Assembly (NCBI GenBank): GCA_965223905.1
Contig: CBDCXV010000011.1
Coordinates: 352,001-416,000 of the forward strand
From: Candidatus Latescibacterota bacterium
Lineage (GTDB): Bacteria; Latescibacterota; UBA2968; UBA8231
Direction of reading: 5' to 3'
DNA length: 64,000 bases
Positions 38,894 through 50,614 of this stretch are shown in pieces (the stretch's first letter is position 1; each line of letters starts with the position of its first letter). The position numbers and the translations under genes were made by a program. The notes beneath the pieces were generated by a model that ran no database searches, had not been told where the DNA came from, and saw only the letters and a list, made by a program, of their open reading frames with translations.

Positions 38894-40296
38894 ACGCTGC
38901 TACGGCCACACCGGGACAGCTGATCCCGCCGCAGGAGATCCTCCGCGAGCCTGCCGACCTCGCTGTGGCCCCAGCCACGGGCCGTAGCGCCTACATCGAG
39001 ACCTACGGCTGCCAGATGAACGTCGCCGATACCGAGCTGGTGGCGACCATCCTCGGGGACGCCGGCTACAGGATGTGCGAACGCCCCGAGCAGGCCGACG
39101 TAATCCTGATCAACACCTGCGCTGTGCGGGAACACGCCGAGGAGCGGGTGATCGGAAGGGCCTCCCAGCTCAGCGGCCTGCGGGCACAGCGAGCAGGCCT
39201 GACGCTCGGAATCCTCGGATGCATGGCTCAACACCTCTCCAAGAGTCTGCCTCGGCGGGCCCCGTTCGTCGACCTGGTCGTCGGCCCGGATTCGTACCAG
39301 CGCCTTCCCGAAATACTCGCCCAGACCTCCGACGAAACACTGCTCGACGTTCGCCTTAGCCGCAGCGAAAACTACGCCGGCCTCGATCCGACCCGGAGCT
39401 CGGGAACCAACGCATGGGTGACGATAATCCGCGGCTGCGACAAGTTCTGCACCTTCTGCATCGTTCCCTACGTGCGCGGCCGCGAGCGCAGCCTCGAAGC
39501 CGCGGAGGTTCTAAGGCAGGTGCGCCGCATCGCCGCGGAGGGGTTCCGGCAGGTCACCCTTCTGGGGCAGACGGTCAACTCCTACCTGGACGACTCCGGT
39601 GTGGATTTCGCCGCCCTGTTGCGATCGGTGGCCGCTGTCGAGGGCATCGAGCGCATCCGCTTCACTTCTCCCTACCCGGTCGATTTCGACGACCGCACCA
39701 TCGAGGCGATGGCAACTGTTCCCGAAATCTCCCCCTCCCTGCACCTTCCGGTGCAGAGCGCCAGCGACCGCCTGCTCGGGCTGATGAAGCGCGGCTACAC
39801 GATTTCTCAGTACCGCGACCTCGTCGGCCGCTTGCGCGAGGCGGTCCCCGGCCTCGCCCTGACTACGGACGTCATCGTCGGCTTCTGTTCGGAGACCGAC
39901 GCCGAGTTCGAGCAGACCTGCGACCTGATGAAGGAGATCCGCTACGACTCGGCTTTCATGTTCAAGTACTCCGAGCGCCCGGGAACGGCCGCCCACCGCG
40001 GCATTCCGGACGACGTGCAGGAGCAGGTGAAGGCCGAGCGGCTGCAGGAGGTAATTCGGCTACAGGAACGGATCTCGGGGGAGATCAACGAGGCCGCGGT
40101 CGGCCGCACCGTCGAGGTGCTTGTCGAAGGGCCCAGCAGGCGCAGTGCAAAATCGGGAACCCCTTCCAACTACGGGCGCTCCCCGCAGGGCAAGACCGTG
40201 GTTTTTCCGGAAGCAGCCGAGCCCAACTCCCTGATTGAAGTCCGCGTCGACCGGGTGACGTCCCACACCCTCTACGGAACGCGGATCGAGACCTGA
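38890..40296 (+). CDS. miaB: tRNA i6A37 methylthiotransferase MiaB
   Basis: TYGCQMN, GCDKFCTFC, FKYSERPGT, TRAM domain. Confidence 0.95.
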   Translation: MNAATATPGQLIPPQEILREPADLAVAPATGRSAYIETYGCQMNVADTELVATILGDAGYRMCERPEQADVILINTCAVREHAEERVIGRASQLSGLRAQRAGLTLGILGCMAQHLSKSLPRRAPFVDLVVGPDSYQRLPEILAQTSDETLLDVRLSRSENYAGLDPTRSSGTNAWVTIIRGCDKFCTFCIVPYVRGRERSLEAAEVLRQVRRIAAEGFRQVTLLGQTVNSYLDDSGVDFAALLRSVAAVEGIERIRFTSPYPVDFDDRTIEAMATVPEISPSLHLPVQSASDRLLGLMKRGYTISQYRDLVGRLREAVPGLALTTDVIVGFCSETDAEFEQTCDLMKEIRYDSAFMFKYSERPGTAAHRGIPDDVQEQVKAERLQEVIRLQERISGEINEAAVGRTVEVLVEGPSRRSAKSGTPSNYGRSPQGKTVVFPEAAEPNSLIEVRVDRVTSHTLYGTRIET

Positions 40297-40306
40297 ACCC
40301 GGGCTC

Positions 40307-41218
40307 CTACAGCCCGCTGGCGAGCTCGTCGGTCCAGGGCCCGTCCTCCCCTTCGTCTCTCTCCCCGTCGCTGACCCTCAGTAGTTTCCACTCCGCGAAC
40401 TCACCCGGGGTGCGGCCGCGGCCGCAGTACGACCGGTACTCGCAGTGGCGGCATTCGCGCCTGTCCTCGGTGCGCGGGAACCCCTCCGGTTCCCCGTTCT
40501 GGGCAAGGGACGAAATCTCGGCGATCGTCCTCCGCAGACGGTCCCCCGCTTCCGCGTGCAGGGCCTCGGAGTAGCGGATCGGCTCGAGGGCGTCCGGGAA
40601 CCCGGCGTGCCAGTACTGGAGCTCAAGGCGCCCGGGATCGATCGACCTTGCGCCCGCTCCGTCGATCAGGGCGCCCCCCACTTCGGTGAAGACGTAACAG
40701 TAGACCGCGGTTTGCCAGCTGCGCTGCAGCTCGGCTTGCCGCGGCCGCAACCCGCCCGTCTTCCAGTCGATGATGCTTATGCTGGCGCCCCTGCCGGGCG
40801 CCGGCAGCACGATGCGGTCGAACTTGGCGACGGCGCTGAACTTCCCCACCGCTGCCGAGAGCTCCACTTCGCTGAGAACGCGCTCCCCAGCCCCGGGACG
40901 TGGGGCGGACTGCAGGTAGTTCCCCCACCAGCCTGCCAACACCGGGTCGCCGCGGGCCGCCACAGTGGCTTCGACGTCGAGGCCTAGCGCGGACTGCTGT
41001 ACGAGGAGGTGAAACAGCTGCCCCCGCCGGGTGGCCTCCTCCCACTGTTCCTCCGAGTCGGTGACAGGAGCAGGCCATTCCAGCTCGTCGACGTAGCGCA
41101 GAAAGAACCGCCGCCGGCAGCGATCGAACGCCTGCAGCCCGCTCTGGCTGAAGCGGAATTCCCCTCCGATGCCGGTACCGGTCACTCCTTCCCCTTCCTC
41201 GAGGCCCGGGACCGGCAA
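40307..41218 (-). CDS. PD-(D/E)XK nuclease (RecB/AddB-like) with four Cys, possible Fe-S cluster
   Basis: FSQSGLQAFDRCRRRF, KFDR, IIDWKTG, CRHCEYRSYC. Confidence 0.85.
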   Translation of the reverse strand: MPVPGLEEGEGVTGTGIGGEFRFSQSGLQAFDRCRRRFFLRYVDELEWPAPVTDSEEQWEEATRRGQLFHLLVQQSALGLDVEATVAARGDPVLAGWWGNYLQSAPRPGAGERVLSEVELSAAVGKFSAVAKFDRIVLPAPGRGASISIIDWKTGGLRPRQAELQRSWQTAVYCYVFTEVGGALIDGAGARSIDPGRLELQYWHAGFPDALEPIRYSEALHAEAGDRLRRTIAEISSLAQNGEPEGFPRTEDRRECRHCEYRSYCGRGRTPGEFAEWKLLRVSDGERDEGEDGPWTDELASGL

Positions 41219-43433
41219 TAGGAACGCAGCACCTCGAACGCCGCGGCCCTGGGGGCGCTGCGTGTCCTTGTCGCCGCGGGTATCCGCCGGCTCCAGCTGA
41301 TCGACAGATAGCGCCGGGCGCGGGTGATACCGACGTAGAGCAGCCGCAGGCGTTCGGCGATCAGCTCGACATGGCCGTCTCTCGTTGCCTCCGCACCGGT
41401 ATGCCCGGCTTCTTCCCCGTGGCCGGAAAGCGCCCGTTTCAGCGCCGCAACCGCCATTTCGGCCGGGTCACCTCCCAGGTAGTCGTAATCGCCGCGAAAC
41501 CGCTCCTCGAGGCGGCTGTGAAAGAAATCGCCGTCTACGCCTACGAGGTAGACGAGATCCCACTCCAGCCCCTTGGCGCGGTGCATGGTCGCCAGGCTCA
41601 CACGCCCGGGAGCCGGCTCGAAGCCCCCCTCTCCTTCGGCCAGGACACCGCGCCCGCTGCTCAGCAGATCGGCAGCGAGCTCCGGCAGGCGCCACTCCGG
41701 GTGCTGGTCGCGACGGCGGCGCAGATGAGAGGCCAGCTGCTGCGCCCGGGCCATGTCCTCTCCGTCGAGGATCCCTTGGGCGACGGTGAGCAGCTGCTGC
41801 TCCACCGGTAGCGAGGAGGCCCTGAGGGAGTGCCCGAGGAAACGGGCGAACCCCTGTATCGCCTGCAGGTCCGCTTCCGGAACGGCGCCGACCGGGGGAA
41901 GGGAGTCGGTGACGGTCTCGCCCTGGCGCGGAAACACCAGGGTTTCCGGCCGGTAGCAGCTGCGCAGCAGGCGGGACACGTTCTCATCATCCGCTTCCGT
42001 TTGCAGGCCGTCCTCGGAGGACTGCAGGTACGGAGCAACCGAGGCGCAGGCGCGCTTGCAGGTGGCCGCGGTGGAGAGGGGAGGCGGCATACGACAGCAC
42101 CCATTCTAGGGCGTCGCCGAGCGAGCGGGACGGCCTGCTCGTTTGCAGGCGCTCGTCGAAATCGACACGGAGCCGGGTCAGGTTTTCTCCGACTTCGTAC
42201 CCGAGCCGGTTGGTCGGCACCAGGATGCCGAGGGTCAGCTCCGGGTGTCGAGCCGCGAAGCCAGCGGCCTTGCGGGCGACATCTTCGAGCTCCTGGTCGC
42301 GGCTGCCGTATTCGCGGAACAGGATCTCGCTCTCGGCATCGGCCGGATTCTGCTGCGGGTCCCCGGGATCGGTGGCCGCCATGTGCTGGCGGCGGAAGCA
42401 GCGGTTTCTCACCTGCAAAACCGGATGGTTGTCACAGGCCCAGTCGACGAGATGGTTGGCGACGTCGATGATGCGCCGGGAACAGCGCCCCGAGACCGCC
42501 ATCTCCACCGCGTCGACTTCCCCCGCTTCCAGGAATCTCCGCAGGCTCGAGGGTTCGGAGGCGGTGAAGCTGCTCATGATCGCCTGGTTGGGATCCCCTA
42601 CGCGAACCCAGTTGCCGTGCTTCCGTGAGATCCTGCTCCTGCAGCGGCAGGCTGTCCTGGGCTTCGTCCTCGACGATTACGGGCCACCGCTCCGCCAGCC
42701 TGTCCCTGAGATCGGGATGAGTCTCCAGCAGGTCGACGGCGAGGCGGACCATGTCGTTGAAATCGAGCCCGCCCATGGTCTCCAACTGCTGCTGGTAACT
42801 CCGGTACACGGATAGCCCGAGTTCGAGAAATGACTCCGACCGCCCGCCGGGTTGGAGGCTGGCAAGCTCTGCCTCGATTGCGGCCACGCCCCTGCGGCGG
42901 TTCTTGGCCTCGGAAACCACCCTGCGCGCTACGGCGGTCGCAATATCCAGCCAGGTCCTCTCCCAATCGGCAGGGTCGCGGTCGGCTGGAGCGAGCCGCC
43001 GCCACTCCTCGCGATGGCCGGCGTTCCATCTCCGCACCGCCTTTTCGAGCAGGTCGGCCCCGGCGCGCTCGTCCACGACCTGGAAGTCCGCGGTGGTCCC
43101 GGCCTGACCCGGGTGCGATTTGAGAATCCCGTACGACAGGCTGTGGAGGGTGCGGACGTCGAAGGCCGCCCCGAGAGGAGGAGCCTGACCGAGCTGCTCC
43201 CTGATGCGAACCCTGAGGGCGTCGGCCGCGGCCGTCTGGTAGGTCACAACGAGCACGCGGCCCCCGGGTGGAACGAGTGGAGCCGGACCCTTCCCCCGCT
43301 GGTTCAGCAAGTGTGCGGTCAGGGCGGCGACGGCAGCGGTCTTGCCGCTTCCCGGCACCGCGGACACTCCCATGCGGCTCCCCGCGTACTCGAGGATCTC
43401 CCGCTGCCCGGGACGGGGCCTGAAGTCGTTCAT
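41182..43433 (-). pseudogene. UvrD/AddA-like SF1 helicase, split by two frameshifts (~42630, ~42050)
   Basis: AVPGSGKT, EDEAQD, then VGDPNQAI in a second frame, then TMHRAKGLEWD and YVGITRAR in a third. Confidence 0.8.
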
Positions 43434-45686
43434 GGCGCCCCCGCCTTCCACCCTTCCCCGTCTTCGGCGAGGGTCGTTTCGATGGCTCGCAGCAGGGGGC
43501 AGTCCTGTGGCCCCCCTCCTACCGCTTCGACCTCACTGGCGCAGACGAACACCCCGTCCAGGCAACGCCGGCAGAGCCCCCTGACGAGGCGCTGCAGCAG
43601 CTGGTTGCGGCGCTCGCGATCCTCCGCCTCCGTCCAGCGAGCTCCACGTATCCAGGAACGGGAAAGCACGTGGGGGTTGGTCAAAGGCTGGTGGGGCGGC
43701 TCCCACCAGAAGATCGACCCGACCTCGAGCCAGAACTGGTAACGCGACACCTGCTCGTGCAGCAGATAGGTGTACACCGGAGCCACCAGCATGACCTTCC
43801 CGGAAGCGACAACCTCCTCCACCCCGGTCTGGTAGTCGGCCGACACGATCCCTTCCGAAAGCATGTCGAGGTAGCGCCTGCCCTCCGGCTTGTCGTTGAG
43901 ACCCATTGCCGGAGCGGCCTGCCGGAACCAGGTGGCGGAGTTGATGAGTCGGGCGTACAGGGCCCCCTCCTCCGGCTTCATCTCGTCTTTCGCAAGCACT
44001 TCCCCGAACAGCTTGCGGAAGAAGTGGTCGATGCTTCCCGAGTCCGGATTGGCGTTCGCCCGAAGCCAGCGGCGCACCCTCTCCCAGTGCTCGATCCGGT
44101 CCGCGCCGATCCGCCCGACGATCTCGTCCGCAAGGCCCTCCGCGGACCGCAGCCGCCCGGACGCGGGGTTGTAGAAATGGCGCACGGCGAGGGCCGCTCG
44201 AACCGGATCCAGTCCGGTTACCAGGGCCATGGCCTCGGCCACGTCGTACGGGTGGGGACGGCATTCCCATTGGGGATGCGCCAGGGCGGCCAGCGTCAGG
44301 CAGGCGCGCACTTCCGGCTCCTCGCGCAGACTCTCGTAACGGCGCACTACGACGAAGGGAATGCCCTTCTTTTCGAGGGCCTCCGACATCAGGAAGCGCA
44401 GCACCCCGTCGGCGTGGGGTGCGACCGCGGCGATGCCGCCCGGATCCACCCCCGAATCCACCAGGCCGGAGATGGCGTCCACCACCCCATCGATCATCTG
44501 CGACCGGTAGTGGGTGAAAATGCGTCCGGCCACCGCCTCTCCGGCTGCCGGGGTGGGAAAGCGGGATCCGGCGCCGAGCTGAACGCAGATCGCCTCCCCG
44601 AGCTGGAGGATGGCATCCTGTCGCGGCCGCGCAGGAAGCCCCAGGGACAGCCCGGCCCCGGACGTCAGCCTGTGCGCCCCCTCCGGGGCGACTCCCATGA
44701 ACACCCGGTACCCCCCCCTCGCCGTCGCACAGCAGAAGGGAAGAATCGCAACAGGCGAGGAACCCCTCGATCAGGTCCTGCGCCACCGGCACCGTCTCTT
44801 CGAGCTGGTCGACGACCAGGTGGCGATACCGATCCAGGGGCTCTGCGTGCGGTACCCGGCCAGAGCGGACGAAAAAGCGGTCGAACAGCTCCACTGCCAG
44901 TGAGAAATCGACAAGTCCGTGCTCGAGGCAGTGAGCGCGAAAACGGGCGATGCACTCTTGGGCCTGCTGGAAATAGACCCGATGGCCCGCCTCTCCCGCC
45001 CACGCCTCCTGCAGTCGCTTACCCACCTCTTCCATGGGGTAGCCATTGACCGCGGCCTTGTTGAGGTTGTCGAGAAGCTGCGACAGAACCCGCTGGCGCC
45101 TCACCGGAAGTCCCTCGAAATATCCGCGGTCGAGAAGGGGTGCGATCAGCTGCGACATCAGGTACTGCGCCGTCTCGAAAGTGAGCTTCACCGGAAGCCG
45201 CTCCCCGGCGCTCCTGGAGAACCCGGCCGCGGGAGCCAGCTTCGGCCAGAACAGGCCGACGGTGCGGTTGGCCAGCCCGTAGTAGGTCTGTATCTCCACC
45301 GCTCCCGCGGGACCGGCGAGAAGCCCCAGGCGGTTCAGCTCCCGGAGGCAGCTCCGCCGCCGGCCGCGGTTACCAACCAGGACCAGGACCGAGTACGGGG
45401 AGACCCCGCTTTCGATCAGGTGCTGAACGCGGGCGCAGACGAACTCGGTTGCCCGGCTCCCGAAAGGGGCAGTGATCGCCGCGGTGAAATTGCCTCCGAC
45501 GGGGCCGCGCACGGCGCGCTCGAAATCCGGGGGGAGAAAGGGTCGATCCACCCCTGCCGGCACGCGCCCCGGACGGACACCCGACTCTTTCGGGTCCGAA
45601 GGTGGCGGCCCGGAGGCTTTTGGGTTCCGCTGCCGGTCATCGACCCGAACCCGAAACCCATTGTCGCTGTCCGCACTGCCCATCAT
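43430..45686 (-). pseudogene. Degenerate helicase-like partner subunit, frameshifted at a C8/G8 run (~44711)
   Basis: ORFs 43533..45686 and 43430..44704 join into one helicase-like protein lacking a clear Walker A. Confidence 0.6.
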
Positions 45687-46088
45687 TCCTGCTGCCTCAT
45701 CGCCCCCAATACCTGAACTCGGCTGGTTACCCGTCTCGGCCCAGATGCTTCCTGTTCTGCCTTCCTACCTCCAGGTCACGGTGCGCGCAGTGCGCATCGG
45801 CCAGGAAGGGGAAGCAAGGTGAAGAATTCTCCTGTGTTGTCCCTTCTCGCGCCGCTTCCAAGGATTTCACCGACCAATCACCGGAAACAAACCAGGTCGT
45901 AACCAACAGAACGGTAGCTAAAAAGACCCGATTTTCTAAAACTTTACTATATCTATATGCCCAAGGAATGGACGCGAAATGCCACGATTGTGGCGGGCTG
46001 GTGTTTAGCCGCGGTAGTCAGTAGGTGGCGATGGGGGCCGATGGCGAAGACCGAGAGGGGTCTCAAGGTCGTCAGCATCGATGTCAGA

Positions 46089-47378
46089 CTACAGCAACCG
46101 GTCGGCGTTCTCCGCGACCTTCCGAAAAGCGTCGGCGTACTGGCCTATGATCTCGGGCTCGTAGCGCTTGAACCAGGGAATCGAATAACAGCGCTCGTTG
46201 ATCGATTCCGTGATCGGCAGGCTGCCGGCCGGTTGTCTGAGGTCCCGGTCGCTGTTGGCGATCCGCGTCGGCACTCCGTGGCCGTAGATGTCGGCTTCGT
46301 TGAGCACCGGGTGGAGATGCATCGCCGACACCCCGGCCCCGGGCCGCACCTGAAAGCCGCCACCGGCAATCTCTGCGTTCACCGCCTCGCAGAAGCGGGC
46401 GAGCGAAAGCCCGTTCAGCTCCTCGGCCCGGTAGAGGCCCCGGGCCGAGTAAAAGCCGCCCATGGCGCTGCCGCTGTCCCGTGGGGGCATGTGAGGACGC
46501 AGCCCCCTGACCCCCTCCAGCCGGTCCCAGAAGCAGTACATCGCCTTGCGGATCTCCGCCAGCCGGTCGCGGTATCGGCGCAGTTGAACGCGACCGACCG
46601 CGGAGGAGAGCTGGTGAATCCGGTACTTGCAGCCCCCTAGCGGGTAGCCGGCGAACGGAGCCAGCTCCGGATCGGAGAGGGTGCGGGAACGGGCGTAGTG
46701 GCCGAAGGCGAGGGCGCGGTTGAAGATCTTCTCCTGAGCGGTGACCAGGAACCCTCCCTCGCCGGAAACCAAGGACTTCCCGGACATTATCGACATCGCT
46801 CCGACGTCTCCGATGGTTCCGAGCAGCCTGCCCTTGTACTCTCCTCCCTGTGCGTGCGACACGTCTTCGATGACCTTGAGACCGTGCTTCTCCGCGATCT
46901 TCATGATCGCATCCATGTCGCTGGGGTAGCTGCTGAGGTGAACGGCGACGATAGCCCGAGTGCGAGCAGTGATCCGGTGCTCGATATCGGCCGGATCGAT
47001 GGTCAGGGTCTGCGGATCGACCTCGGCGAAAACGACGGTGGCCCCGAGTGAGAAGGCCTGAAGTACCGATCCCCAGTAGGTCAGACTCTGGCAGATCACC
47101 TCGTCGCCGATCCCCACCCCGCATCCGTACAGCGCGCCCTGGATCGCCGCCGTTCCGGTGTTGTGGCACAGAACGTGGGGGAGGCCAAACCACTCCCCCA
47201 GCTCCTTCTCGAACTCCAGGGTGACGTCGAAGTCCGACATGGCGCCGCGGCGGAGGACATCGAGCACCGCTTCCTCGTCCTCCCTGGTAATTACGGGCCA
47301 CCGGAACAGGTCGTTTGGATCCGCGGTCAGGGCAGGCTCCCCCCCGAGCAGGGCGAGATCGTTGCCTCCGACGTTCAT
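46089..47378 (-). CDS. DegT/DnrJ/EryC1/StrS PLP-dependent aminotransferase
   Basis: NTGTAAI, IEDVSHAQG, SGKSLVSGEGG. Confidence 0.9.
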   Translation of the reverse strand: MNVGGNDLALLGGEPALTADPNDLFRWPVITREDEEAVLDVLRRGAMSDFDVTLEFEKELGEWFGLPHVLCHNTGTAAIQGALYGCGVGIGDEVICQSLTYWGSVLQAFSLGATVVFAEVDPQTLTIDPADIEHRITARTRAIVAVHLSSYPSDMDAIMKIAEKHGLKVIEDVSHAQGGEYKGRLLGTIGDVGAMSIMSGKSLVSGEGGFLVTAQEKIFNRALAFGHYARSRTLSDPELAPFAGYPLGGCKYRIHQLSSAVGRVQLRRYRDRLAEIRKAMYCFWDRLEGVRGLRPHMPPRDSGSAMGGFYSARGLYRAEELNGLSLARFCEAVNAEIAGGGFQVRPGAGVSAMHLHPVLNEADIYGHGVPTRIANSDRDLRQPAGSLPITESINERCYSIPWFKRYEPEIIGQYADAFRKVAENADRLL

Positions 47379-48347
47379 TCAGGAGCCGGCCGCCGCGAGC
47401 CGTTTCTCCAACTGCCGGGTCGAGGGCATGCGGTCGTACTCCCACACGTGCCTGACCACGCCCTCCTCGATCCAGGCCAGGCGCGGCCAACCGTGGCCCG
47501 CAGTCAGGCGCATCCAGTCCGACGACGAAATCGTCGCTATGTCGAAGCGAGGTCTCATCTGCCCTATGAACTCCTTGAGCTCAGGGGAGTCCTGGGCGTA
47601 CTCGTTGAGGCCGATGAGGCGCGGCAGACGGCTGGACGCCGCCCAGCGGTTGAGCTTGGGCACCTCCTTTTTGCAGCGCGGGCATTTCGGGTTGAACAGC
47701 TCGATGAGGTAGCTTCCCGAGCTCAGATCTACTTCGACTCCTTTTAGCTCCAACCCCTGCAGGGCCATTCCGGGCCTCAGGTCCGAACCTGCGAGCCGGT
47801 CCGCCTGGGGATAGAAGCGCACCCCGATGACCGCCAGTGCGACGAGGGCCCCGACGCCGGCGAGCAGGGGGGCCCGCGCCAGTCCGGGGCGCGGCCATCG
47901 CAAGGTCCCCCGCCACCACCCGAGCAGTAACAACCCGAGCATCACCGCATCCTCGGCCGCGGCCTGGCCTGGAGAGCGCTCCGCCAGGGCACCGAAGCAG
48001 CCGCAGTCAACGTTCGCTCCGGTTCGCCAGGCGTAGAATGTCAGCCCCAGAAACAGGGCCATCATCACCACGGCAACGGGATAAATCAAACGCGGCCTCC
48101 AGTTTAGCAGGAGAGCCAATCCGACCGCGGTCTCGACCGGGGCGAGGTAGATCGCCGCGGAGCCGAGATTGTGCCAAGCCTGACGGTCCACGGCGAGCAT
48201 ATCGAGATAGGAGACCACCTCCCAGTAGAAGATGACCGGGTCCCAGGATTTTGCGGCCCCGGCTGTCAGAAAGACCAGCCCCATCGCCAGCCGCGCCAGC
48301 GCGGCGAGCTTGGAAAGCAGTGATGCATTGAGAGGAACCCCCGTCAT
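47379..48347 (-). CDS. MauE/DoxX membrane domain fused to a thioredoxin-like domain
   Basis: Four TM segments with DCGCFG; C-terminal CPRCKKEVP. Confidence 0.8.
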   Translation of the reverse strand: MTGVPLNASLLSKLAALARLAMGLVFLTAGAAKSWDPVIFYWEVVSYLDMLAVDRQAWHNLGSAAIYLAPVETAVGLALLLNWRPRLIYPVAVVMMALFLGLTFYAWRTGANVDCGCFGALAERSPGQAAAEDAVMLGLLLLGWWRGTLRWPRPGLARAPLLAGVGALVALAVIGVRFYPQADRLAGSDLRPGMALQGLELKGVEVDLSSGSYLIELFNPKCPRCKKEVPKLNRWAASSRLPRLIGLNEYAQDSPELKEFIGQMRPRFDIATISSSDWMRLTAGHGWPRLAWIEEGVVRHVWEYDRMPSTRQLEKRLAAAGS

Positions 48348-49328
48348 TTCGCCCCTGCCGTGTGAGTGCATGGTCATAGTCCAGTGTTTCTTTTCGCCAT
48401 CAATATGGAGGGGCCCGTCTGCAGGCCCCGAACCCTCCTTCCGACATCTCCGAACCTAAGGAAAAAACCATGTAGTAGGGCAATCTCAATGACTGAAACT
48501 CCTCGAGGATGCCGTTCTCCTCCGACACCTCGCGTAGGCACGGCCCCCTTCCGAGTCTCGAAACGACCGATCAACAGAAAAGTCGAAAGGCTCGCCCCGG
48601 ACCTCGACCGGGCTCAGGTTGGCGTCAACAGGCCGAACTCCCCCATTTCCGACAGGCATCGCGACGCGGAATGACTCCGGTTGATGGGAAGCGGTTTGAC
48701 CCTGTGGTCTGGGGAATAGGCGGTCGCCAAACTTCGGCCAGGAGGAGAGGGGGTTCCCCTTCACTGGTCCCGGCCCTGTGGAAACCCGGGCTGTAACGGG
48801 GACGCTGCTGGAAATCCCGTGCCAATACTGACCTCGCCCTGTAATCGGCCCCGTTCCTTTTCACTCCACGACAGGGGTCTTCCTCGAGGCCGCAGGTTCG
48901 GTCGGCCCGAGGCCTCCTTCGTGCAGGGGCAGGTTAAGGCGGTGCAGATACCCCGTCCATCCAAGTATGGCCGGCTGCGTTCAGAATAAAGTCGGCGATT
49001 CCGGCAACGGTCCTTCTACTCCTTCCGCCCTGTGCCGCAGGTGCGGTTCCGCATTCCGAACCTAGCGTCGCATCCTACGGATTTCTTGAAAAATACCGTG
49101 GTGTACGGCGAGCGAAGACAACGCAGCGAGACGGGATTGAGGGGAAAAATCGCCGGATGAGGTTTTCATTGAACCGCGATTTCTCCATCAAGATTTTTCC
49201 CCCAAATGGATCGGCCTAGGAAATTGCAAGGGATTCCTGGGACACTACACTTAGGGGTAAACTCGCAACGCCATCGAAATACTGCGCTTGCGGATGTGGC
49301 GCGGGCGGCCGCGCCGACCACGCCGCTG

Positions 49329-50114
49329 TCAGCGGCGGCCGGTCTCGCGTCGGGGTCTGCGGCCGTAGCTGATCGGGGCATCCTTTTGGTGGTCCTTTGG
49401 TACATCTCGGGACGGCTCCCTGGCGGCTTCCTGAAACTCCCCACCGGAGACCCTGTTCTCCGCCTCGGATGCCTCCTTCGATCCGCCCTCCCCTGACCAC
49501 CGCCCCCCCGGCCTCGAACGCTCACCGCGGCGGTCGACTGGGACCGCATCCAGACCACTCACCTCCCCCACGAATTCCGCGGGTATTTCCCGAGAAAGAA
49601 CCACCTCCCCCCGGGCGTAGAACTCGATACCGCCCTCTTCGAAAGCCCGCTTGGCCTCGATTTCGACGACGCACGGTTCCCCCGCCTCGTGGCTGCGCGA
49701 TTCGGCGATTTCCCTGGTCATGCTCAGGTGGAGGTAGGAGCGGTCGATCGGACGCAGCCCTTCCTCAGGCACCCTGCGGCCCGCATTTGCGGTGGTCCCC
49801 ATGAACAGCTTTTCCGGCGGGTCGATCGGATCGTCGTCGATCTCCAGGTAAAAACTGTGGCCGTACAGTGCCCGGATGTAGTCGTCGACGATCTCGAACC
49901 GCTTTGGCTTCGAATCATCTACGAGCCTGCGTATATCCTCCTCGCCCACTTCCGAATACCGCTGCTGCACCGCCTCGGTAACTTCGTCGAGGGGAATGTA
50001 CCCGTATTCGTCCATGTTGAGTCCAAATTCGTCCGGTCGGTGGCGCAGGATCAGGGACAGCAACTTCGAAATCCGCCGCCGGTCCACACCCTTCCTGGGT
50101 CTCTCTCTTTGCAT
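49329..50114 (-). CDS. kptA: RNA 2'-phosphotransferase Tpt1/KptA family
   Basis: SKLLSLILRHRP, KRFE, IRALYGHS, YLHLS. Confidence 0.85.
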   Translation of the reverse strand: MQRERPRKGVDRRRISKLLSLILRHRPDEFGLNMDEYGYIPLDEVTEAVQQRYSEVGEEDIRRLVDDSKPKRFEIVDDYIRALYGHSFYLEIDDDPIDPPEKLFMGTTANAGRRVPEEGLRPIDRSYLHLSMTREIAESRSHEAGEPCVVEIEAKRAFEEGGIEFYARGEVVLSREIPAEFVGEVSGLDAVPVDRRGERSRPGGRWSGEGGSKEASEAENRVSGGEFQEAAREPSRDVPKDHQKDAPISYGRRPRRETGRR

Positions 50115-50155
50115 CTCGCTATCTGTTCTGTTTGTGCGTTCGACAGTTCAGTTGT

Positions 50156-50614
50156 CTACGACCACTGATCGCGATAGGTATCGATGGCCCGGGCGATCTT
50201 TTCGTCCGACAGCGCCAGGATCTGCGCCGCCAGCATGGCGGCGTTACGGGCGTTGTCGATCCCGACTGTGGCCACCGGAATCCCCGGCGGCATCTGCACG
50301 ATCGAGTAGAGTGAATCCAATCCATTGAGGGCTCCCGACGCTACCGGCACCCCGATTACGGGAAGCGTCGTATGCGCCGCCAAAACACCGGGCAGGGCCG
50401 CCGCCAATCCCGCGCCGGCGATCAGTACCCGCAGCCCCCTGCCGCGCGCTCCTCGGGCATACTCCGCGGTGCGCCCCGGGTTTCGATGCGCAGAAGAAAC
50501 CACCATCTCGTATCCGACGCCGAGCTCGTCCAGAAGGTCGGCCCCTTTCCGCATGGTGGGTTCATCCGATTTGCTCCCCATGACCATGCCAACTTCGCTA
50601 ACTGCGACAGCCAT
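50156..50614 (-). CDS. purE: N5-CAIR mutase PurE
   Basis: [34 protein letters not shown]. Confidence 0.95.
   Translation of the reverse strand: MAVAVSEVGMVMGSKSDEPTMRKGADLLDELGVGYEMVVSSAHRNPGRTAEYARGARGRGLRVLIAGAGLAAALPGVLAAHTTLPVIGVPVASGALNGLDSLYSIVQMPPGIPVATVGIDNARNAAMLAAQILALSDEKIARAIDTYRDQWS

Noticed and set aside
40307-41218. Cas4 as part of the CRISPR system
   Set aside because: It lies 22 kb from the cas locus within a helicase operon, and type I-E systems lack Cas4.
48600-49100. RNase P RNA, tmRNA, OLE RNA or cobalamin riboswitch
   Set aside because: Their hallmark conserved sequences were not found by eye on either strand.
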